The notes under the pieces: generated by a model
Seen by the model: the letters and a program-made list of their open reading frames with translations, nothing else
Databases searched by the model: none
Told to the model about the DNA's origin: nothing
In this document: piece after piece, positions 27,883 through 36,968 of the stretch
Position numbering within the stretch: position 1 is the stretch's first letter
Layout: each line of letters begins with the position of its first letter
Position numbers and translations under genes: made by a program
From: Candidatus Heimdallarchaeota archaeon
GTDB lineage: Archaea > Asgardarchaeota > Heimdallarchaeia > Heimdallarchaeales > Heimdallarchaeaceae
Direction of reading: 5' to 3'
DNA: 38,965 nucleotides
Assembly: GCA_016840095.1 (NCBI GenBank)
Contig: JAEOSZ010000109.1
Span: 1 to 38,965, forward strand

Positions 27883-28785
27883 TTAGGAGAAAAGATTTTT
27901 CACAAATTCTCCTATTTTTCTTAATGCCTTCATACTCTCAGGTAGTAAATATCCAAAGATTTGAAATACATGAAACATTCCTTCCCATAAATCCAAAGTA
28001 ACCTGTACACCACTGTTTTTAGCTTTCTCTGCAAACCTTTTTGAATCATCCAAGATAATTTCATGTGTTCCAACTTGTATTAATAATGGGGGTAATCCTC
28101 TCAAATCTGCATAGAGCGGAGAAGCTAATGGATTTTTGGTATCAATCTCGTTCAAATACATTGCAGCTGCTTGATGTGCTTCATTTTCTGTAACCATTAT
28201 TTCAACATTATAATTACCTTTGATAGAATCTCCAGTTAATGCTAAATCTGTCCAAGGAGATAAAGCTATGGCTCCAGCTGGTAGATTTATTTTTTCATCT
28301 CTTAATTTTAATAGAGTAGCAAGAGTAAGACCCCCTCCTGCAGAATCTCCAGCAATAACTATTCTTTCAGATTTAATCTTCATTTCCTCAATTAACCACT
28401 TATATGCTGAAACAGCATCATTTAATCCAGCAGGAAATGGATTTTCTGGAGCAAGTCTATATGCTAAACTGAGAACAGGTGTATCCGACATTTTTCCGAT
28501 TCTAGCAGCTAAGCTTCTATGTGTATTAAGAGATCCAGAAAGATAATATCCTCCATGTAGATATAGAATTGCTTTATCCTTGACTTGGTCTTTCTGACAT
28601 AACCATTCTGCTGGAATGTCATTTACTATCAAACTCTGTACTTCTGTTTTTCTAGGCATTTTGAACAAAAATACGTCATCCTCAAGTTTTTTCCGTTTTT
28701 TCTCTACATCCATAATACCATCTTCATTTTTGAGAGAAAATAGCTTCATAACTTGCATAAAGAATTTTGTTCTTAAACTAACCAT
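27883..28785 (-). CDS. Alpha/beta hydrolase, HSL family esterase/lipase
   Basis: LHGG, YRLAPENPFPA, GDSAGG nucleophile, SPWTDL, HVF. Confidence 0.93.
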   Translation of the reverse strand: MVSLRTKFFMQVMKLFSLKNEDGIMDVEKKRKKLEDDVFLFKMPRKTEVQSLIVNDIPAEWLCQKDQVKDKAILYLHGGYYLSGSLNTHRSLAARIGKMSDTPVLSLAYRLAPENPFPAGLNDAVSAYKWLIEEMKIKSERIVIAGDSAGGGLTLATLLKLRDEKINLPAGAIALSPWTDLALTGDSIKGNYNVEIMVTENEAHQAAAMYLNEIDTKNPLASPLYADLRGLPPLLIQVGTHEIILDDSKRFAEKAKNSGVQVTLDLWEGMFHVFQIFGYLLPESMKALRKIGEFVKNLFS

Positions 28786-28904
28786 AGATAATGACTTATT
28801 AGCTTATAAATAAAGAATTAGGAAGATTTTGATTTCCAATTTATACATAATTTAGCCTAATAATCTATTTATATTAGTATAACAGAATTTTTCTTTAGAT
28901 TCAA

Positions 28905-29303
28905 ATGGCAGTTGAAGAAAAACTCCTTGATGAATTAAGAAGAATTCGAAAACTACTAGAACCTAAAGAGGAACCTGTAGTTGAAAAAGTGAAACCAAAA
29001 GGCATTAAAGCTAAATCAATCAAATTCAAAGATGATTTTGTAAACTTCATCAAAAAATACAAAGTAATGGGACTAGCTGTGGCGTTTATTATGGCGATAT
29101 ACTTAGGTGGTCTTGTTCAAGCACTTGTTGATGATTTGATTATGCCAATACTAGCATACATTCCAGGTATTGATGTTATAGCTGATTGGGCAGTTGGACC
29201 TTTCCTATTTGGTCACTTCATCTCCGCTCTTCTTACATTCATTATAGTAGCTTTAGTAATCTTTCTTCTAGTAAAACTTACAACTAAAATAGGGATAGAG
29301 TAA
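28905..29303 (+). CDS. mscL: MscL-family mechanosensitive channel
   Basis: FKDDFVNFI (S1 helix), VMGLAVAFIM, LVDDLIMP, FGHFISALLTFIIVALVIFLLVK. Confidence 0.88.
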   Translation: MAVEEKLLDELRRIRKLLEPKEEPVVEKVKPKGIKAKSIKFKDDFVNFIKKYKVMGLAVAFIMAIYLGGLVQALVDDLIMPILAYIPGIDVIADWAVGPFLFGHFISALLTFIIVALVIFLLVKLTTKIGIE

Positions 29304-29378
29304 TCTCTATACTTCCTTTTTTCTTTATATTAGTAATTCATCCAAAAATTAAAATGCCTGTAAAAACTGCTTGATTTC

Positions 29379-30836
29379 ATGATAGATTTAACTATGGATA
29401 ATACCCAATTGGAGCAAACAATTGGTAGAGCTAGAGAAAAAAACATAATTATTCCAACTTTTGCTCAACAAAGAGATCCCAACTTAGTTCCTTCTACTAT
29501 ACAGAGAGATTTAGAAGAAATAGGATTATGGGATGTACATCCAAGAAACTTATTCAGAATAACATGGAAAAACGAACCTATTCCTAAAGGGGGAGGATTT
29601 GGTGGAGTTAATTATCTTGAATTACCTCCTGAATTAACAGGAGTAGAAGCTAGAATTATTGCTTTGGTTGGTAAATTCTTTCCAACAGGAGCACACAAAG
29701 TAGGGGCATCTTTTGGCTGTTTAGTTCCAAGATTAGTAACTGGACAATTTAATCCTGTAAAACACAAAGCTGTTTGGCCAAGTACTGGTAATTATTGCAG
29801 GGGAGGAGCATATGATTCAGCTCTTCTTGCTTGTGATTCTATAGCAATTCTTCCAGAAGAAATGTCTGCTGAAAGATTCAAGTGGTTGAGTTCTGTTGCA
29901 GGTGAAGTAATTAAAACTCCTGGGAGTGAAAGTAATGTTAAAGAAATCTTCGATAAAGTATGGGAATTAAGAAGAACAAGAGACAATATTTCTGTTTTCA
30001 ACCAATTTGAAGAGTTTGGTAATTATCTTTGGCACTATGATGTAACTGGACATGCAATGAAAGAAGTGTTTGACAACATCAAAGGCAAAGGATCATTAAG
30101 AGGTGTAACATATACAACAGGATCTGCTGGAACAATAGGTTCAGGTGATTTCTTAAAGGAACTAGATCCTGGCGTTAAAATTGCTGCAGGGGAGGCTCTC
30201 CAATGTCCAACAATGCTACTAAATGGTTATGGAGCTCATACTATTGAAGGGATAGGTGACAAGCACATACCTTGGATACACAATGTCAAAAACACAGATA
30301 TGGTTGTAGCTATAGATGATAAGGATACACAATGGATTATGAGATTGTTTAATGAACCTGAAGGTCATTCTCTCTTAAAAGAAATAGGTGTTTCAGAGGA
30401 ACTTATTAGCAAACTTCATCTACTTGGTATTTCCAGCATTGCAAACCTTCTAATGAGTATTAAAATGGCTAAGTACTACGAACTAACATCCGACGATATT
30501 GTTATGACTATATTTACAGATTCTATGGAATTATATCAATCAAGACTTCAAGAAATGAGAACAGAATACGGTCAATTTACTAAAGAAAACGCGATAAGGT
30601 CCTTGTATGCACATTTACATGGACAAAAAATGGATAATATGTTGGAATTGAATTACTTGCAAAAGAAGAGAATTCATCATCTGAAGTACTTTACATGGGT
30701 TGAACAACAAGGAAGGAGTCTAGAAGAATTAGATTCACAATGGTATAACCCTGGTTACTGGAAAAATATCCAGAATACTGTTAATAAAATTGATGATCTC
30801 ATTGTTGGTTTTAATGAAAAAGTAGGAATTTCTTAG
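29379..30836 (+). CDS. PLP-dependent fold-type II (cysteine synthase / TrpB-like) enzyme of unknown specificity
   Basis: FPTGAHKVGA (PLP lysine), WPSTGNY, TGSAGT phosphate loop, IEGIGDKH. Confidence 0.82.
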   Translation: MIDLTMDNTQLEQTIGRAREKNIIIPTFAQQRDPNLVPSTIQRDLEEIGLWDVHPRNLFRITWKNEPIPKGGGFGGVNYLELPPELTGVEARIIALVGKFFPTGAHKVGASFGCLVPRLVTGQFNPVKHKAVWPSTGNYCRGGAYDSALLACDSIAILPEEMSAERFKWLSSVAGEVIKTPGSESNVKEIFDKVWELRRTRDNISVFNQFEEFGNYLWHYDVTGHAMKEVFDNIKGKGSLRGVTYTTGSAGTIGSGDFLKELDPGVKIAAGEALQCPTMLLNGYGAHTIEGIGDKHIPWIHNVKNTDMVVAIDDKDTQWIMRLFNEPEGHSLLKEIGVSEELISKLHLLGISSIANLLMSIKMAKYYELTSDDIVMTIFTDSMELYQSRLQEMRTEYGQFTKENAIRSLYAHLHGQKMDNMLELNYLQKKRIHHLKYFTWVEQQGRSLEELDSQWYNPGYWKNIQNTVNKIDDLIVGFNEKVGIS

Positions 30837-30899
30837 AAAATTCCTCATTTTATTTTCCTCGTATATAAATGAAAGTACAAATTATATTATGAAGTACGT

Positions 30900-31715
30900 A
30901 TGACCGAAGTCATTAGAGGAGATAATAAAGAACTGAAAAAAGATTTGATATCTTCGCTAATTGATGTAGAAATAGATACTAAAGAGAAATTTCTTCAATC
31001 TCTTGAGAAACAAGAAGAGAAGGTCCAAACTTGTTTAGATGAGTTGATTGATGCTCTTCAGGAACATGTCCCCAGAGAATTTCTTATTCAAGCTGTTACG
31101 CATTTTGAAAATCTTCAGCTTCTTTTAATTGTAAAGAAGTTAACTAATAACAAACACTTCACTAAAAATCAAATAGCAGTCAATTTTCTTGCAATTTTAG
31201 ATAATTTACTGGCTTCTACTTATGATAAATTATCTCAGTTCCATTTCGAAATCTTACGTGAAAATCTACAAGGATTAAGCAATGGTAAATCATTTAGTTA
31301 CAATGCGATGAAGAAGATCCAGATTGAATTAATACAAAAAGGCTATATTTCAAAAATCCGAAAATTAGGTTATACTTTGAGATTAAAAGATCAATATTGT
31401 AAAATCATAAATCATATGATGACAGTATACCCTCAACATTTTGAGAAATTGAGTGCAATGGAAATCAAAGGTTATGATTTAGTTCATTCCAAATCTATCC
31501 CAAAAATCGAAGTAACTCAATCAGCAGCTGTAGTTGTCGGATCGTTAATTAATGATTATTTCAAGAAAAAAGATGATCAAACTCTTTTATGGAAATATCT
31601 TGAAAGCATTACTGATGAAGAGGAAGAAAAAATCAAAAGAAAGGTATATAGGTTCAAATCTAATCTAAAAAAGGAAAATAGTGAATCAGAATTATTCAGT
31701 TATAGTTTAGAATAA
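30900..31715 (+). CDS. Hypothetical protein, possible central winged helix
   Basis: 271-aa ORF with a TATA-like element upstream (TATATAAA). Central SYNAMKKIQIELIQKGYISK..GYTLRL resembles a wHTH recognition helix and wing. Confidence 0.65.
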   Translation: MTEVIRGDNKELKKDLISSLIDVEIDTKEKFLQSLEKQEEKVQTCLDELIDALQEHVPREFLIQAVTHFENLQLLLIVKKLTNNKHFTKNQIAVNFLAILDNLLASTYDKLSQFHFEILRENLQGLSNGKSFSYNAMKKIQIELIQKGYISKIRKLGYTLRLKDQYCKIINHMMTVYPQHFEKLSAMEIKGYDLVHSKSIPKIEVTQSAAVVVGSLINDYFKKKDDQTLLWKYLESITDEEEEKIKRKVYRFKSNLKKENSESELFSYSLE

Positions 31716-31794
31716 TCTTACTTTTGAAAAACCAAAATTCATTTCATTATGTTTATATAGTTTCCAGAAATTGCGTTAAATATTATTTTGGAAC

Positions 31795-33306
31795 GTGGAT
31801 ATCTTGACTGATGATGGACCAGACCCTAACCCCTCAGCTGAAATTCCATTGAAAGAAGAGATGTCCATTGAAGTTACTGCAGATGATATAAAAACTGAAG
31901 AAACAGAACCCACTTACAAGGATGTTTTCAAAAATAAGCATTTTATGCGACTACTAACTGGTCAGTTATTCAGCAATTTTGGTGATGCTATTTTTAGGAT
32001 TTCAATCCAGTTCTTTGTCTATCATCTAACAGGTTCTGCAACAGCAATGACCCTGGTCTTAGCTGCTCAAACAATTCCATGGATAATCATAGGTCCTATA
32101 GCGGGTGTTTTTGCAGATAGAGTTAGTAGAAAAGCAATTATGATTGGTGCAGATATAGTTAGAGCTATGTCAATTCTAATACTTCCATTTCTTTCCTATA
32201 TATCAAACACAAATGGAATCATTATTGGGGTCGTAATAGTATCTTTCATTTTAGGTGCAGCAGCAGCTACCTTCGTAGCTCCTCGTTCAGCAGCTATTCC
32301 AGAGATTACTGGACTAAGATTGTATGTTAAGGCAATTTCCTTAAGTCAATTAGTCTTTCAAACCTTGGCGGTTTTAGGTCCTATTTTCGCTGCACCTATT
32401 TATGTACTTCTAGGCGAACAAACATTTTGGATAACAAGTGGTTGTTATGTAGTTTCAGCTATAGTAATTTACTTTACACTTATTCCCTCTGCTAACAGAG
32501 ATAAAGCTGAAAAAATTGGAATAAAACTAGTACTCAAAGATTTGAAAAATGGATTCTCATTTCTTCTGAAGCATCCCACTGTCAGACTGTTAATCTTCTT
32601 ATTTACCTTTATAGTAATCGGAACCGCATTTTCTGGACCCCTTCTTCTCCCATATCTTTTTGAAATAAAACACAATGCAGTTGCTATTCAATACTTCAAT
32701 GTACCATCAACGGTCTTTCTTGGAGCAGATCCATCATATCTAGCAGTGCACTATTATGGAACATCTCCTGCAATATTTAGCAATTATGAACCTTCATTTT
32801 TGGAAACTGTAAGAAATCTGTCAGACAGTCAGTTCGGTTTTCTAGGGGCTAGTAGTGCATTAGGATCCATCATTGGAAATCTTGCTTTTGGGAAATTTGA
32901 AAAGATAATAGGAAGACCTAAAGCAATTTTACTTGGTTCAATTGCTATATCTGGTTACTACTTTGTGTTTTTCTTTAAACCTGGATTTGTAGTTCTACTT
33001 TTTGCAGGTTTTATATTAGGATTATTCAATGGAATGTTCAGTTTAGCGATAAATGCAGCATTTGCAGAGAATGTACCAAACGAAATTCGAGGTAGAGCAT
33101 ATAGTGCAACAAACGCCTATATACAAGTTTTAAGTGTTGCATGTTTAGCACTTTCTGGTTTAACTGCAGATTCAATAGGAATAGTTATTACTATTACTGG
33201 CTCAGGGATTTTCCTCTTAATTACAACAGTGATTATTACTATTTGGACTAAAGCTTACAAATTTGCAGCAGAAACACCAAACCCATACCTTCATTTGGAA
33301 AACTAA
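31795..33306 (+). CDS. MFS transporter (DHA3/MefA-like H+ antiporter)
   Basis: GQLFSNFGD, GVFADRVSRK, ENVPNEIRGRAYS. The exact start is uncertain (GTG 31795 or ATG 31861). Confidence 0.9.
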   Translation: MDILTDDGPDPNPSAEIPLKEEMSIEVTADDIKTEETEPTYKDVFKNKHFMRLLTGQLFSNFGDAIFRISIQFFVYHLTGSATAMTLVLAAQTIPWIIIGPIAGVFADRVSRKAIMIGADIVRAMSILILPFLSYISNTNGIIIGVVIVSFILGAAAATFVAPRSAAIPEITGLRLYVKAISLSQLVFQTLAVLGPIFAAPIYVLLGEQTFWITSGCYVVSAIVIYFTLIPSANRDKAEKIGIKLVLKDLKNGFSFLLKHPTVRLLIFLFTFIVIGTAFSGPLLLPYLFEIKHNAVAIQYFNVPSTVFLGADPSYLAVHYYGTSPAIFSNYEPSFLETVRNLSDSQFGFLGASSALGSIIGNLAFGKFEKIIGRPKAILLGSIAISGYYFVFFFKPGFVVLLFAGFILGLFNGMFSLAINAAFAENVPNEIRGRAYSATNAYIQVLSVACLALSGLTADSIGIVITITGSGIFLLITTVIITIWTKAYKFAAETPNPYLHLEN

Positions 33307-33363
33307 ATTTTTTGTAAAAAAACTAGATTTAATACTAAACTTGAGTTTTTTTATTTGGTTAAA

Positions 33364-33759
33364 ATGAACATACCAGAAAATTATAAGGATTTGTTTCTTG
33401 GAAAGAATTTTGCTAGTGTAGCAACTGTAAATCCAGATGGATCACCTCAAGTAACACCTATGTGGATTGATTATGATGAAGAATCAAATGAAATTCTCGT
33501 CAATACTGCTAAGGGTAGAAAGAAAGCTAGAAATATGACTGTGGGCTCTAAAGTAGCTTTAACAATCTTAGATAGTACAAATTTTTACAGATATGCTGCA
33601 ATTCAAGGAGAAATTCTTGATGTTACAACAAAAGATGCTGAAGATCACATAAATAAGTTATCAATGAAATACTTTGGTAGAGAAAAATATAATCTAGGAG
33701 AAGGAGAAATTAGAATTTTAGTAAAAATAAAACCAAACTATGTTCATGTTAGCGGTTAA
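33364..33759 (+). CDS. PPOX-class (split beta-barrel) putative F420/FMN-binding oxidoreductase
   Basis: ATVNPDGSPQVTPMW, NTAKGRKKARN, YRYAAIQG, INKLSMKY. Confidence 0.88.
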   Translation: MNIPENYKDLFLGKNFASVATVNPDGSPQVTPMWIDYDEESNEILVNTAKGRKKARNMTVGSKVALTILDSTNFYRYAAIQGEILDVTTKDAEDHINKLSMKYFGREKYNLGEGEIRILVKIKPNYVHVSG

Positions 33760-34295
33760 CGAACATTTGAAGAGAGAAACTTATCCAATCCCTTCGTTCT
33801 TTTTTCTTGATCAAGGAGTTGCTTCTTTCTAGGATTGTTTGCTTGACCAGCAAATTTACCTAATTTTCCACTAGATAGAATAACTCGATGACAAGGAATG
33901 ATTGGTCCAAATCTGTTTTTCATCATTACATTTCCAACAAATTGAGCAGCTCCAGGATAGCCTGCTTTTTCAGCTAATTCACCATAGGATACAGTATCTC
34001 CTACTGGGACCTCAAACAGTGTTTGTAGAACTTTTGCTTCTTTATCGGTAAATCCAGTAAAATCAAATTCTATATTAGGTAAATTGTAATCTGTTCCATT
34101 CTCAATTCCGAGCATGGCCTTGATATATGGATGTTCATTTTCTTCAATACTTACATCCTCACCAGCTATTTTTGACAAGTAGGCAACTGCATCTTCTTTG
34201 CTACTGAAAGAAGAATGTGTATAGTAGAGTTTCTCATTATTCAGTAGAATTCCTGCCCATTTGTCTTCATTTCTTGAAACTACGATTTTCATCAT
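33756..34295 (-). CDS. ogt: Methylated-DNA--protein-cysteine methyltransferase (MGMT/Ogt)
   Basis: VPVGDTVSYGELA, AAQFVG, IIPCHRV active site. Start placed at ATG 34295 (MMKIVV), which removes the overlap with the divergent gene. Confidence 0.9.
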   Translation of the reverse strand: MMKIVVSRNEDKWAGILLNNEKLYYTHSSFSSKEDAVAYLSKIAGEDVSIEENEHPYIKAMLGIENGTDYNLPNIEFDFTGFTDKEAKVLQTLFEVPVGDTVSYGELAEKAGYPGAAQFVGNVMMKNRFGPIIPCHRVILSSGKLGKFAGQANNPRKKQLLDQEKRTKGLDKFLSSNVR

Positions 34296-34353
34296 ACCAC
34301 AATTTTTTTCTACTATTTCAGTATATAAACAAATACTGAATGGTGATTCTTTC
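34296..34353. promoter_or_regulatory. Compact divergent promoter between ogt and the APH-kinase gene
   Basis: 58-bp gap with a central GTATATAAAC box (34321-34330) and GGTGA before ATG 34354. Confidence 0.5.
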
Positions 34354-35391
34354 ATGCCCTTATCAGTATTATCAATTAACAAAAATCTTACTAGATATTT
34401 TGAAGATAAGTTTCCAGAAAGAAGAGAAAATAGTATATCAGAAGTGAAATCCCTTGCTAAGGGATGGGAAACTGAACTTTTTTCTTTTGTGTACAAATAC
34501 AATAGGGGAATAGAAACAATTGAGCAGAATCTTATTCTTCGAATCTATCCAGGAAATGATTTAGAAAACAAGATTAAGTGGGAGTTTGATGTTTTGACTT
34601 CTCTATTTAGAGCAGGATATCCAGTTCCAGAAACACATATCCTTGAGTTAAATGCTGAATATTTTGATTATCCTTTTATTATTATGGACACTATAAGTGG
34701 TTCAGACATGGGAGAATCTTTTGGGTCAGATCTTCAAAATAATCTGATGATATTAAATGAACTGTTTGTTAAACTTCATAATTTGGATTGGAGAATACTT
34801 CCCACAGACATAGTTGAAAACAAAACATTGGATCCTGTTGAACTTATAAATAGACGTATAAATAGAATAGAAGGAAACATAGAAAGATTTCAAATTCAAG
34901 AATTATCCACCTTAATAGAATGGCTTAGAACAAATCGAGATAAAGTAAAGTTTGAGAGAATCTCTATTCTTCATAATGATTTTCATCCTCATAATGTTAT
35001 GATATCAGAGAACGGTAAAGCTTATGTTATTGACTGGCCAGCGTGCTCAATAGGTGATTATCGTCAGGACTTAGGCTGGACTTTACTCTTAACAGGTGCT
35101 TATTCTTCACGAGATGTTCGTGATTTAGTTCTGAAAAGTTATGAAGAAGTATTAGGTTCTGAAGTAGAAGATATAGAATATTTTGAAATTTTTGCAGCCA
35201 CACGAAGAATCATGGACATGTTTATGTTCTTCGGACAAGATGCGAAGGAAGTAGGAATTAGGGAAGATGCACTTCAACAGATTAAGGAATCAGTATCTCA
35301 TTTGGAATATATCTCTTCTTTAGTTAAGGAGGTAACTAATATCTCCATTCCAAGATTTGATGATTTGATTCAGTCACTTTTAATAGAGTGA
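34354..35391 (+). CDS. Aminoglycoside/choline kinase-like phosphotransferase (APH family)
   Basis: GWETE, LILR, PVPE, HNDFHPHNV (Brenner motif), IDW, GDYRQDL. Confidence 0.88.
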   Translation: MPLSVLSINKNLTRYFEDKFPERRENSISEVKSLAKGWETELFSFVYKYNRGIETIEQNLILRIYPGNDLENKIKWEFDVLTSLFRAGYPVPETHILELNAEYFDYPFIIMDTISGSDMGESFGSDLQNNLMILNELFVKLHNLDWRILPTDIVENKTLDPVELINRRINRIEGNIERFQIQELSTLIEWLRTNRDKVKFERISILHNDFHPHNVMISENGKAYVIDWPACSIGDYRQDLGWTLLLTGAYSSRDVRDLVLKSYEEVLGSEVEDIEYFEIFAATRRIMDMFMFFGQDAKEVGIREDALQQIKESVSHLEYISSLVKEVTNISIPRFDDLIQSLLIE

Positions 35392-35456
35392 GAGATTTAT
35401 ATCATTTGAGAATTACAGAAACTAAAAATCTAAAAAATCAGTGAGTTGTGAAACAT

Positions 35457-36122
35457 ATGAATGAGGTTCAGGTTGTCAGCTTTCCATATAAGGGAGAAAT
35501 TCTTCATGGAAGTATTGTTAGGAAGAATAAGAAAACTGTTACCGTAAAAACTGAGTCTCACACTTTTCGAGTACCATACTCATTGTTAACTCCTAAAATG
35601 AAACCACCACGGCCAAAACCTAAAGCTAGAGAATGGTCTGAATCACAATCTAAGAGTTACAATAAATCACTAGAAGCAACTATCGCCCCTTTACCTAAAG
35701 GAAGTGTTAAAGTTCTTCATGTCGCAGTAAAATTTCTTGCTAAAGCTCTAAGAAATGGGGATGAAGAGGCAATAAATGATTATACAAATGAAGCAATTGC
35801 TGAATTAAATAGAATTTACAAACTTCCACATTTACATGTTTATACAGGAGGAAAAAGACGACTTACTAAGAGAGGAGGTCAATATTATGGAGTGTATAAA
35901 ACCAGAGGAAAAGAAGAAGAAAGACACTCAATATCTGTTTATAGTAGAACTGCAAAAACACAGAAGTATGTTGCACCAAAAACATTTCTTCGAACATTGA
36001 TTCATGAATGGGGTCATCACTATGATAAGTACAAATTAAGATTAACTAATACTTATCACACAAAAGGATTTTATGATAGACTGAACACAATTTACTCCAA
36101 ACTTAAAGAACCTTTAGAGTGA
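35457..36122 (+). CDS. Basic HExxH zinc-metalloprotease-like protein (SprT/WLM-like) with SH3/KOW-like N-terminus
   Basis: TLIHEWGHH...HTKGFY. N-terminal VSF..GSIVRKNKKTVTVKT..FRVPYSLL beta-barrel pattern, followed by a Pro/Lys linker. Confidence 0.7.
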   Translation: MNEVQVVSFPYKGEILHGSIVRKNKKTVTVKTESHTFRVPYSLLTPKMKPPRPKPKAREWSESQSKSYNKSLEATIAPLPKGSVKVLHVAVKFLAKALRNGDEEAINDYTNEAIAELNRIYKLPHLHVYTGGKRRLTKRGGQYYGVYKTRGKEEERHSISVYSRTAKTQKYVAPKTFLRTLIHEWGHHYDKYKLRLTNTYHTKGFYDRLNTIYSKLKEPLE

Positions 36123-36180
36123 AATCCAGTTAAGTTAAAATAGTTCCTCAAATCTGTTTTCTTAGTTATAGGTAGAGACT

Positions 36181-36966
36181 ATGAGCGATTCTGGATATAT
36201 ATTTGACATAAAAAAATTTGCAATTCATGATGGCCCAGGGATTAGAACTACAATCTTTCTGAAAGGATGTCCTATGAATTGCTGGTGGTGTCACAATCCA
36301 GAAAGTAGGAATTTGAAACCAGAACCAATACAAAAAGCATCCAATAAAGAAGAACAAGAAACAATCGGTAGAGAAATGTCTGTAGAAGAGGTTTTGGAAG
36401 AGATTGAAAAAGATTTGATTTTCTACGAAGAATCTGGAGGAGGAGTTACTTTTTCAGGAGGAGAAGCACTTATGCAGCACGAATTCCTTTACTCTATTCT
36501 AGCAAAGTGTAAAGAAAGAAATATTCATACTACTCTAGATACTTCCGGTTTTGCTCCTAAAGAAGTTATAGAGAAAATTAGTACAGTTGTAAATCTATTT
36601 TTGTTTGATTTGAAATTAATCGATGATGAAATCCATAAAAAATACACTGGTGTTTCAAATAATCTGATCTTAAGCAATCTGAAATTGTTAGATAAATTAG
36701 GTAAAAAAGTAATCATTAGAATACCAATAATTCCAGGTTTTACAGATGCTGAATCTAATCTTTCACAGATATCTGACTTCATTGTTAATCTGAATACTGT
36801 TCAAAAAGTTGATTTGTTGCCTTATAATAAGATGGGAGTAGAGAAGTATAAGAGATTAGAGAAACTATACAATTTAACAGATGTATCAGTTCCTTCTGAA
36901 GAACGTATGAATGAACTTAAAATCTACTTCGAAAATAAAGGAATTAAGGTTCAAATAGGTGGTTAA
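36181..36966 (+). CDS. Glycyl-radical enzyme activating enzyme (radical SAM)
   Basis: HDGPGIRTTIFLKGCPMNCWWCHNPES, GGVTFSGGE, DTSG, RIPIIPG, LLPY. Confidence 0.95.
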   Translation: MSDSGYIFDIKKFAIHDGPGIRTTIFLKGCPMNCWWCHNPESRNLKPEPIQKASNKEEQETIGREMSVEEVLEEIEKDLIFYEESGGGVTFSGGEALMQHEFLYSILAKCKERNIHTTLDTSGFAPKEVIEKISTVVNLFLFDLKLIDDEIHKKYTGVSNNLILSNLKLLDKLGKKVIIRIPIIPGFTDAESNLSQISDFIVNLNTVQKVDLLPYNKMGVEKYKRLEKLYNLTDVSVPSEERMNELKIYFENKGIKVQIGG

Positions 36967-36968
36967 TA

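Noticed and set aside
34261-34502. Long head-to-head overlap between ogt and APH ORFs
   Set aside because: Artefact of longest-ORF calling. Downstream ATGs (34295 on -, 34354 on +) give normal-length proteins and a clean divergent promoter.
859-36782. Numerous 60-110 aa ORFs antisense or out of frame within long genes (e.g. 859-1104, 7992-8300, 19894-20202, 28220-28546, 36525-36782)
   Set aside because: Shadow ORFs fully overlapping well-supported genes, with no motifs.
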